A model generated the notes under the pieces. That model was given only the letters and a program-made list of their open reading frames with translations. It had not been told where the DNA came from and did no database searches. From Tubiluchus corallicola (lineage: Eukaryota > Animalia > Priapulida), in NCBI GenBank assembly GCA_030141605.1, contig JAQGDQ010001221.1:1-54355 (forward strand): 54,355 nucleotides of DNA. The letters run 5' to 3'. Shown here in pieces: positions 1 to 10,696 of this stretch; position 1 is the stretch's first letter, and each line of letters opens with the position of its first letter. The position numbers were made by a program, and so were the translations under genes.

Positions 1-342
1 CACAATTCTGCAATTTCGCGCCTAAATAACTCGTTTAATTTACGTATTGGTTCATCTCACAATACCAGCTATTCAGACGCAGTTAAGAAACCTGGTCTTC
101 TCTCAACGCCAGTAATTAACGACCCACAGCGAACCTACTCCGTTTCGAACCGGAGAGAGCCATCTGAACGAAGCAGTTTGTACTACACAGAATCGGCTAA
201 AGCTCATTATCCTAATAAATGTTCTACAACACTGCCAAGCCAAAATGAACCGCTGCTGTTAACTCAGGAACCAGTTCTAAAATCCGAGATTGAAAACATA
301 CTAACCAAAGCCTTTAAAGAGCTTATCTCCAAGTTCATATAG
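1..342 (+). CDS. C-terminal end of LINE #1 ORF1 (5'-partial)
   Basis: Frame 1 is open from base 1 to TAG 340-342 (HNSAISRLNN...SYSDAVKKP...ELISKFI*). SYxDAVK-type motif and position directly before ORF2 fit an ORF1 tail. Confidence 0.6.
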   Translation, partial: HNSAISRLNNSFNLRIGSSHNTSYSDAVKKPGLLSTPVINDPQRTYSVSNRREPSERSSLYYTESAKAHYPNKCSTTLPSQNEPLLLTQEPVLKSEIENILTKAFKELISKFI

Positions 343-359
343 GCCTAGTATCGTTTAGC

Positions 360-2432
360 TTGGTTTTAGACATTACTCTGAACTTTAAAGCTAGTCTGCG
401 TAAACCTGTTATAAAACTCTTTTTTTACTATTCTATTATGATTTTAATGATGACACTGAATAACAGAAAATTTTTAGCACTGCTGCTAGTGAATTTTTAC
501 ATAATATGGCAAAATAGGCCAATCCATCCTAACTCGTGTAAAGATTATAACGTAACAATTGTGTATACTAGTATTATAATAACAATTATCTCACCCACGT
601 TATTACATAATAGGAAATATTTACTTCTTATAGTACTGTATTCTATACAAGCCCTTTTACTCACAACCGATATTAGTATCCTTATGATCGTTCTAAAATT
701 AATTTACCACGCATGTGTAACGTTTTACTGTGTAAGCTTGATACTATGCTGCTGTATTACTGCAAAAAAACTGCAAGTTAAAGTTATTTTATTTGTGTTA
801 ATAGGTACATTTTGGAAACCATACGAATTTACTTCTTGTATCATAGTTGATATTTCTAACGTATCTTATCATAAAATTACCAAATTTATTTGTGATTATG
901 GGAGCCTTTGTATATTTAACGCCAAATATCAAACAGTTAAGTTCTTTTATTGTAACTATGCTTACGTCTTAGTTATACTACGTACATTACTATACATACT
1001 AAAACTGAAAATGATCTACGTAACAGTAATTTGTAATGTAATGACTAAAGGTAATTTAAACAACTTTTTCATTGCTTTTCCTGTAAATAGCTATAGAATA
1101 AGACACTCTATGCAATTTATTTTAAAAAGATTTGTATCCATCTTAAAAGTTGTGTACCTCAGTGCTATAAGACAAATGCGTCATGTCAATCTAAAATACG
1201 TAGCTCTAAAAAAATTGGAAAAATTACAGATTTCATCTAAATTTGAAAGCACTCTATACTCATGTTCTGAACTGGCTTACATTTTAACCATAATTCGTTT
1301 ACTACTTATACTTGGTGGTATCGAAACTAACCCTGGACCCATTTTGCCAAATAATAATAATAACACCAACAATAATAATACCAGTGATGAGCTAAAAAAA
1401 TTCATGATTACTTATAAAAAGAACATCAAATTTCTAAATATAAATATTCAAAGTCTCGTCAAAAAACACTGGCTGCTGAAAGATACAATTCACGCCACCG
1501 AAAATCTGATTGTTGGCATAACAGAAACTTGGCTACATAAACAAATACTTAGCAACACTATAGAATTACCTAATCACACATTAATAAGAAGAGATAGATG
1601 TAAAAATAAGAAAGGTGGAGGGGTTGCAATGTATATACCTTCACACCTGAGACCACAAGAAATGAAAGGCATCAGAACCGGCAAGATTGAATCTGTTTGG
1701 TGCAGCATTGAGAACTATGTAATAGGAACCATATATAGACCACCCAATCTCAAACACAAAACATTTTTCAAATATTTTAGTGAAGAACTAGAACGCAGTG
1801 TTTTCGAAAATAAAAAAGTTCTTATAATGGGCGATTTCAACCTTGATATTTTAGCTACTAACACACTGGCATACAAAACATACACAGAGCTCTTAAAACA
1901 ATATAATGTCCACATACTTAACAACAATAAACCTACTCGAATTTCTAAAACATCAGCCACAGTAATCGACCATTTCATTTCGAATAGTAACAATAATTTC
2001 GTAGCATATGATACTTTCCCGTGTGATTATTCAGATCATCATTTCACAATATTAGTAGATAAAATGACCCCACAGCATAATAATAACCAAAATTCAGTCT
2101 GGCATTTAATGAGAGACTACGCCCAATACAACAAACATTCATACTTAATCGACTTAGCAAAAATGAACTGGACCTCCATATATATAACTGATAAAATAGA
2201 TACACAAGTTAATATTCTGACATATAATGTCGAATATTGCCTTAATGTACATGCACCATATAAAAACGTAAAGCAAATCCCACAACAAAGCAAACTCAAT
2301 AACGAAAGTACCTGGACAACACCTGAACTTGACAAACTAAGAATAGCGAAAAACAGAATGTATAATATATGGGAAAAGAACAAAACTAAAAACAATCATA
2401 ACAATTATAAAAAAAAAGAGAAATCAATTTAA
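360..2432 (+). CDS. LINE #1 ORF2 part 1: hydrophobic N-terminal region, 2A-like peptide, APE endonuclease (first ATG 438)
   Basis: GGIETNPGP at 1314-1340; APE motifs LNINIQSL, GITETWL, RRDR..GGGVAMY, TIYRPP, MGDFN, PTR, IDHF, SDH; frameshift in A-run ~2409-2417. Confidence 0.9.
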   Translation: MVLDITLNFKASLRKPVIKLFFYYSIMILMMTLNNRKFLALLLVNFYIIWQNRPIHPNSCKDYNVTIVYTSIIITIISPTLLHNRKYLLLIVLYSIQALLLTTDISILMIVLKLIYHACVTFYCVSLILCCCITAKKLQVKVILFVLIGTFWKPYEFTSCIIVDISNVSYHKITKFICDYGSLCIFNAKYQTVKFFYCNYAYVLVILRTLLYILKLKMIYVTVICNVMTKGNLNNFFIAFPVNSYRIRHSMQFILKRFVSILKVVYLSAIRQMRHVNLKYVALKKLEKLQISSKFESTLYSCSELAYILTIIRLLLILGGIETNPGPILPNNNNNTNNNNTSDELKKFMITYKKNIKFLNINIQSLVKKHWLLKDTIHATENLIVGITETWLHKQILSNTIELPNHTLIRRDRCKNKKGGGVAMYIPSHLRPQEMKGIRTGKIESVWCSIENYVIGTIYRPPNLKHKTFFKYFSEELERSVFENKKVLIMGDFNLDILATNTLAYKTYTELLKQYNVHILNNNKPTRISKTSATVIDHFISNSNNNFVAYDTFPCDYSDHHFTILVDKMTPQHNNNQNSVWHLMRDYAQYNKHSYLIDLAKMNWTSIYITDKIDTQVNILTYNVEYCLNVHAPYKNVKQIPQQSKLNNESTWTTPELDKLRIAKNRMYNIWEKNKTKNNHNNYKKKEKSI
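1281..1340 (+). other. 2A-like (StopGo ribosomal skip) peptide ILTIIRLLLILGGIETNPG|P
   Basis: Matches (D)(V/I)ExNPGP with G replacing D, preceded by a Leu-rich tract, immediately upstream of the APE domain. Confidence 0.75.
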
Positions 2433-2448
2433 TAATCTTAATAAATGC

Positions 2449-3555
2449 TTGAAAAATAAACATATACGACAACAATGTAAAAACGCAACAAATACCAAAG
2501 AAAAATGGAAAATTATTAACAATGTAATAAATAAATGCCGTAACAAACTAACGCGTGTTGATGAAATTAAGATCAACAACACTGTTATTACAAAACCCAA
2601 AGATATTGCCAACGCGCTAAATGCAATATTCCTGAATCTTGGAAATTTTAAGGGAGTGGCTTCTCATATTAGCAATAATATAATTAATAAATTAAAAAAC
2701 AAATCGTCTAACACAGTATTCTCATTCAAAAGCGTCACAGTAGGAGAAATCAACGACATATTAAATAACCTAAGTTCCAACAAAGGGAGTGGACCATCAG
2801 ATATTCCTATCAAAATTCTAAAAGATAGCGCATCTGTAATAGCCCCGCATATGACTTACATTGCTAATCAGATAATTATGAGAGGCGAATTTCCAACGGT
2901 ATGTAAAATGGCAAACGTGACTTCAATCCATAAAAAAGATCCAAAATGTGATCCCATGAATTATCGCCCAATTTCCGTAATCCATTGTTTCGGCAAAGTT
3001 TGGGAAAGGGTAATTTATGATCAGATAAATTCATATGTAAATAAACATGAACTTTTATCAAAACATCAGTTTGGCTTCCGTAAACACCATTCAACCATTG
3101 ACGCCCTAATACACACAACAGAAAATTGGAGACATAGTTTAGACAACAAGCAATACATTTTAGCAGCATTTTTTGATTTAAGTAAAGCTTTCGATAGCAT
3201 TAATCACGAACTACTTTACGATAATTTAAAACAAATCGGATTAGATTCGATATCGTTAAAACTGATACAAAATTATCTCAAAGATAGACAACAACGAGTA
3301 AAGTTAGATACAACCAACTTTTCTGACTGGGCCACGTTAAACAGAGGTATACCGCAAGGAACACTACTAGGTCCGTTATTATTTTGCCTGTATATAAACA
3401 ACATATCCAGTGTATTAAAACACTCACAAATAACGCAATACGCTGATGACACTACAATCTACATAGCCCATGAAAATGTCCAAACTGCAAAAAATTATTT
3501 AGAAGAAGATATAAAAAATATAAATATGGCATTTAGTCATTACAAGCTAAAATGA
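2449..3555 (+). CDS. LINE #1 ORF2 part 2: reverse transcriptase
   Basis: NYRPIS, QFGFR, DLSKAFD, GIPQGTLLGPLLF, QYADDT motifs. Confidence 0.92.
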   Translation: MKNKHIRQQCKNATNTKEKWKIINNVINKCRNKLTRVDEIKINNTVITKPKDIANALNAIFLNLGNFKGVASHISNNIINKLKNKSSNTVFSFKSVTVGEINDILNNLSSNKGSGPSDIPIKILKDSASVIAPHMTYIANQIIMRGEFPTVCKMANVTSIHKKDPKCDPMNYRPISVIHCFGKVWERVIYDQINSYVNKHELLSKHQFGFRKHHSTIDALIHTTENWRHSLDNKQYILAAFFDLSKAFDSINHELLYDNLKQIGLDSISLKLIQNYLKDRQQRVKLDTTNFSDWATLNRGIPQGTLLGPLLFCLYINNISSVLKHSQITQYADDTTIYIAHENVQTAKNYLEEDIKNINMAFSHYKLK

Positions 3556-4355
3556 ATAATGACAAAACAGAATTCATGATACTGTCACCCTCATTAAATA
3601 CTAATGATGCATCATCAACCACTTTTACAATAGATAATGCTGTAATCAAACAAACTAACAATGTTAAATTCCTGGGCATACAAGTAGACAATAATCTTTC
3701 ATGGGATGATCACTTTAATAACATATACACAAAAATGGCATCTAGCACATCATATCTCCGACAAGTTAAAGGGCAACTAACAAAGGAAACTAAAACACTA
3801 ATATATAAAACTTTAGTTCTACCACACTTCTTATATGGATGTACGCTACTTCAAAAAACCAAAAGAGAAAGTTACTTAAAATTAAATCTCCTTCAAAACT
3901 ATGCGTTGAGATTGATAGCTGGGTACTCATACAAACACAAGGCAGGTAGACAAAAATTCAAAGCTTCAACAACTAACCTGAGAAAAACTTTAAAATTCCC
4001 AATCATTGAAGCACACAAAGAATATTTTACTCTGCTTTTTATATTTAAATACATTAACAACATCAGCAAACCATTCCAGAATAACAGATTTACCTTTTTT
4101 CCAAATCCTATCGTTAATTCCAGAACATACAATCTAAAACAAATTAGGACAAATACCCACTATGGAACGAACTCTGTAATCAAACAAGCAATTTTACTTT
4201 GGAATTCTCTACCATTACAGGTTAAACAAATCAAGTCCCTATCAGCGTTTAAAACAAAATTAAAATCACTAATATTAACCAGATATGAAATACCATCACA
4301 CCAGTACGACAACATACACACTAATTCCGAATTCATATACCCACGGCCATATTAA
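3552..4355 (+). CDS. LINE #1 ORF2 part 3: RT thumb and C-terminal domain
   Basis: NxDKTEFM, KFLGIQVDNNLSW, LIYKTLVLPHFLYG, LWNSLP; joined to part 2 by a 1-nt shift in AAAA ~3549-3552. Confidence 0.88.
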   Translation: MNNDKTEFMILSPSLNTNDASSTTFTIDNAVIKQTNNVKFLGIQVDNNLSWDDHFNNIYTKMASSTSYLRQVKGQLTKETKTLIYKTLVLPHFLYGCTLLQKTKRESYLKLNLLQNYALRLIAGYSYKHKAGRQKFKASTTNLRKTLKFPIIEAHKEYFTLLFIFKYINNISKPFQNNRFTFFPNPIVNSRTYNLKQIRTNTHYGTNSVIKQAILLWNSLPLQVKQIKSLSAFKTKLKSLILTRYEIPSHQYDNIHTNSEFIYPRPY

Positions 4356-4575
4356 TTAAATCATAGTTTTTTTTTATATTTTTTTGTGTATAGTTGTAAA
4401 TATGTTTGATTTTATTCATCATTACTGCACAGTAGTTTAGATTGCACTGACGCATTTGCCTTCAGCAGTGTAAGTTTTTATTAACTAACACTGATTGATT
4501 ATCTCTATAAAGTTTTTATCAGTGATTATCAATGTTTTTAATGGCAAATAAAGATTATTATATATATATATATAT

Positions 4576-4971
4576 CGTTGGATTACCGTCATCGAGAGTG
4601 CGTCATCATTTGCACGTGCTACCCCCACTAACACCTCCCTTCTCTATTATTAGACTAGAGAATATATTTGCTGTACTGTGATTAATTGTTATTGTTAACT
4701 ATTTCTTTTCTCCTGGTTAAAGTAGTAATCAATTAAATTTTGTTATATACAGCTTAATAGTTGGTTTGGTATTCTATCTACCATCGAATATTACTAGCTC
4801 ATTAAGACTCGTAGGCTCGGGTTCCGCGTGCCCCCGTATGAAACAACAATGCCTTAGCCCGACTCCAGGATTCTAATAGTAAATTATCTAACACTATAGA
4901 ACCCCAGAACCACGTGTTACACCTCGTTTATAGGGCGGTCGTGCCTGCTTTATTATTATATATATATATAT
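4576..4971. repeat. Unclassified ~375-bp insert flanked on both sides by TTATTA(TA)n
   Basis: Same ttattatatatatatat run at 4555-4575 and ~4953-4971; interior partly GC-richer, no informative ORF. Confidence 0.4.
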
Positions 4972-6818
4972 TCAAAGAATCATCAAAAAAACAATATTAC
5001 ACTGAAGCATTGCAAAAACACAAGAATAACATGAAAAAAACTTGGGAAACAATAAACAGTATTATAAAAACTGATCCAAAAACACGACAAACACCAAGTA
5101 AGTTAACAATAAATAATGTGGACTATACAGATACATATGATATTGCCAGTAAACTAAATGAGTTTTTTGTAAATATAGGCCCTGACATGGCTGCCAAAAT
5201 ACCTAAACCTAACGTTAATTTTACTGACTTTTTAAAAAACCCTAACCCAAATTCTTTTTTCATTAATCCTATTACTGAAAATGAAACATGCACACTTTTA
5301 AACACACTTAATTCAAACAAATCACCAGGACCACAAAATATACCAATATCTTTTTTTAAATCTGCAAGTCAAATTATTTCACCAATACTCACATTACTGT
5401 TTAATAAATCGGTTAATGCTGGAACTTTTCCAAATATATTAAAAATAGCAAAAGTTATTCCTTTATATAAAACTGGCTCTCCACATGAACCTGGCAATTA
5501 CAGACCAATATCTCTCTTATCACCAGTATCAAAAGTTTTTGAGAGGCTAATTTACAAGAGATTATACCAGTTTGTTGTGAAAAGTAATATCCTAAGTAAA
5601 TACCAGTTTGGTTTCAGAAAAAATTATTCAACTGCCCTTGCTGTATCCGAATTAATTGACACGATCTCTCTAGACACTGACAAAAAATTACTGAATTGCG
5701 GAATATTTTTAGACTTATCAAAAGCTTTTGATACCGTACAGCATAGTATACTAATAGCCAAATTAAACCATTATGGCATCAGAGGTCTACCTTTGCAACT
5801 AATTCAGTCATATCTAACTAACAGAAAACAATTCATATCTATTAACAATGTATCATCAGACTATAAACACATATCGTGTGGAGTGCCACAAGGCTCTAAT
5901 TTAGGACCTCTTCTATTCTTAATTTATATTAACGATCTTCCCACATGCAGCAACTTTCGAACCCGAATATTTGCCGATGACACTAATTTGTTCATGTCTG
6001 ACTCCAATATAAATAATTTGCAAAAATCTGTTAATGACGAAATGAAAAAAATAGACCTGTGGATGAGGGCAAACCAGCTATCAATTAACTACAAAAAAAC
6101 CAAATTTATGATAATCAACAATAAGCAAATTAACAATGCTAATAATCCAAAATTTCATATTATAATAAACAAACACAAAATTGAAGAAACAGACAACATC
6201 AAATACTTGGGCCTACTCATTGATAATAAATTAACATGGGAACCACATATAAAACACATAACATACAAATTAAGTCGAATTACTGGAATAATTTTAAAAG
6301 TAAGGCACTACGTTGACCAATATATTCTGAAACTTCTATATAATTCGTTAGTTTTCCCTTATTTACAATATTCCATCTTAACATGGGGTACGGCTTTTGC
6401 ATCAATTCAAAAATTAATACAGACACAACAAAACAAAATAGTAAAACTAATAACTTTTGCTCGCAAATATGATCATGCTACACCATCGTTCGTAAAATTA
6501 GAAATTTTAAAAGTAAGAGATATTTACAATCTTGAGTTGTTCAAATTTATGTATAAATTCAATGCTGGTTTATTACCCGAACTTTTTAGTGAATATTTCA
6601 CTAATGTTTCTGATATACATTCCTACTCCACAAGAGCTGCTTCTAATGAACAGTATTTTGTGGAGAGATTTTTTACCCGACATGGTTTCAATAGCTTAAA
6701 ATCACGAGGAGTTAAATTATGGAACTCGTTGCCAAAAGATACCTTTGGAGGTAGCTTATTTTCTGCTTCCAAAAAATACAGAAAATTCTTACTAAATGAA
6801 TATACCTGTAATACATAA
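4914..6818 (+). CDS. LINE #2 ORF2 reverse transcriptase (homologous part starts ~4972; no APE in window)
   Basis: NYRPISLL, QFGFRK, DLSKAFD, GVPQGSNLGPLLF, FADDT, KYLG, HSYSTR, LWNSLP. Confidence 0.9.
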   Translation: MLHLVYRAVVPALLLYIYIFKESSKKQYYTEALQKHKNNMKKTWETINSIIKTDPKTRQTPSKLTINNVDYTDTYDIASKLNEFFVNIGPDMAAKIPKPNVNFTDFLKNPNPNSFFINPITENETCTLLNTLNSNKSPGPQNIPISFFKSASQIISPILTLLFNKSVNAGTFPNILKIAKVIPLYKTGSPHEPGNYRPISLLSPVSKVFERLIYKRLYQFVVKSNILSKYQFGFRKNYSTALAVSELIDTISLDTDKKLLNCGIFLDLSKAFDTVQHSILIAKLNHYGIRGLPLQLIQSYLTNRKQFISINNVSSDYKHISCGVPQGSNLGPLLFLIYINDLPTCSNFRTRIFADDTNLFMSDSNINNLQKSVNDEMKKIDLWMRANQLSINYKKTKFMIINNKQINNANNPKFHIIINKHKIEETDNIKYLGLLIDNKLTWEPHIKHITYKLSRITGIILKVRHYVDQYILKLLYNSLVFPYLQYSILTWGTAFASIQKLIQTQQNKIVKLITFARKYDHATPSFVKLEILKVRDIYNLELFKFMYKFNAGLLPELFSEYFTNVSDIHSYSTRAASNEQYFVERFFTRHGFNSLKSRGVKLWNSLPKDTFGGSLFSASKKYRKFLLNEYTCNT

Positions 6819-7323
6819 CTTGTAAGACTAATAAGCAAGCTATCAAGTGTTTTTTTTTCTCATCTCCTAAGTAATTGTTGCTCTTTCTTATACTAACCTT
6901 TTCTCTTAAATTTTCTATATTACACTTTTTTGATACTTATTTTATCTCTCCATACAGTCAAAATCCCCTGTCATTAAGGCCCCTATTTGAAAATATATGT
7001 AATAATCATAATTACTTGTATTAATTGTATTGTTTTGTTTAGATTTAGGTGTCATCTAACTTTATTATTTTTTGTTTTCACTTATACTGTTTTCATTTAT
7101 ACTGTTTAATATTATTATTTCTTTCCTATTTGATTTTGTTATCCGCAGTCTCACCATTTACTTTTAATATACTAATTTAATTATAAGACAGGGCAGGAGA
7201 CTAGATGACCCTATGGTCCTTCCCTGCCCTGCTCCACTACTATAATTAAGTAATATTTAAAAAAACTTGTCATGTCAAACAAATGGAGAAAATAAATGTT
7301 CTATGTCTATGTCTATGTCTATG
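4972..7323 (+). mobile_element. LINE #2 (Crack/L2/CR1 group), 5'-truncated or interrupted
   Basis: Uninterrupted RT ORF, 3' UTR stem-loop 7189-7231, AATAAA ~7291, (CTATGT)n tail 7301-7323. Confidence 0.9.
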
Positions 7324-8885
7324 ATATTCACACTTATGAAACTCAAGCAGCAACAACAGGCCCGATATAAAACATCATTTGGCCTAAACGCACTGCAACA
7401 TAATGGAGTCAAACTCTGGAATGCCTTAGATACTTCAATAACCACCGGCACATCTTTATTACAAATAAGTGAAATGTACAAGAAGCAACTAATTGAAAAT
7501 TACATTTAGTATACTGCAGTTAAATTTAATTGAACTGGAAAATAACATAATGAATATTGTTTAAAGTTGTATTTTTGTACAGTACAAAGTGTTTGTGAGT
7601 TGGTCACTTTTTTATTTATTCTTTGTGTTGTTTAGAAGGGGATTACATCCAAAAAAATCAAGTGAACCTAAATGAATTGTCTTTGTCGAAGGCATGTAGA
7701 AATCTTTTGGACTGTAAGTACCCATATTGAAAAAGTTTTATTTATTGCATGAATATATTCGGTTACCCTGCTTTGTCTTTGGATTGAATGTTGCATCACA
7801 TAAATTCAGCTCGCCAAATTATGTATTTTGTTCTAGCCCTGTTTTGATTTATTTAGTTTCGCCTTACCTGATTTTTGTTACTGTTGCTTGATATATGTTT
7901 TGCTTCAAGCTGAATTTTGTTTTTGCTCCTGAGTTTGATTTTTGTTGCTTTTGTTTGATGTAATTTTTGCCCTAAGATGAATTCTGCTTTGCTTCGCTTG
8001 TGGTAATTTCTTTTTACTTTCAATTGAATTGCGTTTGCTTTATAAAATTTTTACTCTGAGTTTGATTTTGTTGCTTTTGTTTGATGTAATTTTTTGGTAT
8101 AAGTTAAATTCCGTTTTGCTTTGCTTGTGGTAACTTCCTTTTATTCTGAGTTGAACTGCGTTTTTGCTTTGAGTAGATTTTTGTTGCTTTGTTTGATATT
8201 ATTTTTTGCTCTACATTGAATTCCATTAATTTTTTGCTTGATGTTATGGTTTGTTTATGCTTTGAATTGCGTTTTCATTTTGAGTTGATTTTTGTTGCTT
8301 TTGCTTGATATAATTTTTTGCTTTAAGTTGAATTCTGTTTTACTTTGCTTGTGATAACTTCTTTTTACCTTGAGTTGAATTGCATTTTGCTTGATATAAT
8401 CCTTTTATCATTTGATAATTTTTGCTTGCCTTGAATAATTGTGCTTGTTTTTTGCTTTCATTTGATATGAGATATATTTATTGATTTTTTGTATTGTATC
8501 TTGACATTACTGTTTCTGTGTTACCATAAATTCATGCATATAGTATAACTATTATTATTATTCAAAATGTAACCTGGTATTCAATTCTTAAGAAATTCTC
8601 GCTTACTATTTTTCCGCCCTTTAAAAATTTGACTAGATTAAACATACATTTCTGCTACTTAGTACTTAATTTAATAACAAATCTATTTTTAATACTATAA
8701 TGTTTTTTTATAAAAACACCTAAAAAATGCACCTGTAAGTAAACTTGTATTTTTAATAAGGGGCAGCTGATCAAGTGACCAATAGATCTTTCGCTGCTCC
8801 TCTCAGTTGCAATGAAATGTAAAAATAATTATGTCGAATTTTAACTGCTATTGAGAAAATAAAGTTGAATTGAAATGAATTGAAT
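7324..8885 (+). mobile_element. LINE #3: decayed ORF2 C-terminus plus long 3' UTR
   Basis: IHTYETQ.. and YKTSFGLNALQHNGVKLWNALD remnants (7324-7509); stem-loop 8760-8800; AATAAA then (TTGAA)n-like tail 8865-8885. Confidence 0.65.
7900..8400. repeat. Imperfect T-rich minisatellite, ~110-127-bp unit, about 4 copies
   Basis: gagtt(t)gatttttgttgcttt-like anchor recurs at 7931, 8058, 8171, 8282. Confidence 0.7.
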
Positions 8886-10696
8886 AAGCTAATTCAAAAA
8901 GGAAAATTTAATACAATTATTTACTTTGGTCCATGTCAAGAATGAAATGAAAAGTCTACTGGAGTTCAGGTTCAGTGTCTGCCCCCTTTACATAGGTAGT
9001 GGTCTGTAGTTTCACACCATGCTGATGCTCAAACTGATAAAAAAGGCATAAATGAATTTAACGTTTGTAAATCATCCTCATTATCGCTAACGCTATTAAA
9101 GTTTGAAACTTTTAATTTCCTTTACAGTTACGTGACTGAACTCTTACATGCTGGTATTGTAAATGGAAAACTGGCATTTAAAAGAAAAACTCAAAAGTTC
9201 ACTGTAGCCAATATATTTCTGGAATAAGAAAAATTATCACTATGTTCTATTTAATGTAAGTGTAACCTACCATTGTCATCAGTATACACAAATAGAATGT
9301 TATAACTTATATGTAATATATGACAGCAGGATGATTATTTATGTTCCCACTACTTGTGCACATGCAGGCAACGTAAGTTTTTTTAATAATGTAATTATTT
9401 CTCTGGATGTTGTATAATTTTATTACAGCTTTGAATTATCCTTTGTCTATTACTACAACACTTAGGGAAATGCCAAGACTGTCAGGAATTTGGGTTTATT
9501 TTGATATTTCAGAAAAAAAAGTTTCAGCAATAAAACTGTGATAAGAGCCTGTGATAAACTGCAAGTGCGTGTAATTATTAAAATCAATTAATGTCGCGAT
9601 CATTTCACACTTTTGCATGCTAATTTCGAATGAGAAATGATTGTCGCTTGTGTAGTACACTTATTCCACTATTATACCACTGTATAATACTGGAGTACTG
9701 GCTTATTCCACTGTAGTACTATTATCATTTGCAAAGAATCCGGAACTTTAAAAGAGAGATTGTTAATGCTATTTTTGTGCTTTTTGATAAATCTTGTTGC
9801 CTACTATGCCATGAAAACCAGTTACTGGCGATAATATTAATAACCTCCAACTCAGTTAGTTAACCACGACAAAGTAACAGAATAACTATTTGGACAAGCT
9901 AAAACTGAACAGTATAAGCTGAGTAACCTGTCAGACACCTACTATGCTTGCTATCTCGCAGAATTCCATGCTTATCTGTAACTAGATTTTCTACAGTACT
10001 TACACATTCTGATGCATAATCCTGTGGATTAAAGCTGTGTAAGCACTTTAAAGTTGTTGCTGTTAGACCTGATGACTGATTTTTACATGACCACCGTTAA
10101 ACGCAAATATTTATTCAGCCGGAATAGCGAAACTTCTGATTGAAATATAGACGTTTTACTATGCGTGCTGTCCAACAGCTTACATAATTTTTTCAAGTGT
10201 GCCTGCAGAGGGATTTGTTTGGTGGGCGATAAGGATGACTTAAATTTCTTTTGCATTTTTTAAGCTTTTATGTACATATATTGAGTGGTAATTTCAGTAT
10301 TTTAAAATGTATTTTAAAATACAGTGAATATTGTTTTAGGGTTGGTTTTCCTTTAACACTTATAGTGTTTAAAACAAACGATAATTTTTTGTTAAAAAAT
10401 TGCGCACCAGTGGAGCACATTAACAGTATAAGTAAAATGCAATTCAAAAGAATGTATAGCATCTAACTGTACAGAATATGGTTTTCATGCAGTGCTTAGG
10501 ACTTCTTTAATAGTTATTATAATAAACAGAAACAATGTGATATCTATTTGTGTTTTAAATTGATTTTAATGCTCTTTTTGTTTGAGTAATATTAATTTTG
10601 TTTTCTTTTGCAGGGCTAGCAAGGCTACTATTGTTAAAAAACTTGTGGTTATTAAACTCTATCTTGCTATAAACAGCAGTTGTGAGCAAAAGGGTA

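Larger units (their letters stand above)
1..4575 (+). mobile_element. Near full-length non-LTR retrotransposon (CR1/L2/Crack group), LINE #1; 5' part lies upstream of the window
   Basis: ORF1 tail, then ORF2 with APE and RT motifs, a T-rich 3' UTR, AATAAA at ~4547 and a (TA)n tail at 4555-4575. Confidence 0.9.

Noticed and set aside
4914-4971. Hydrophobic N-terminus of the LINE #2 ORF
   Set aside because: Read-in from the adjacent insert and (TA)n run, not part of the element
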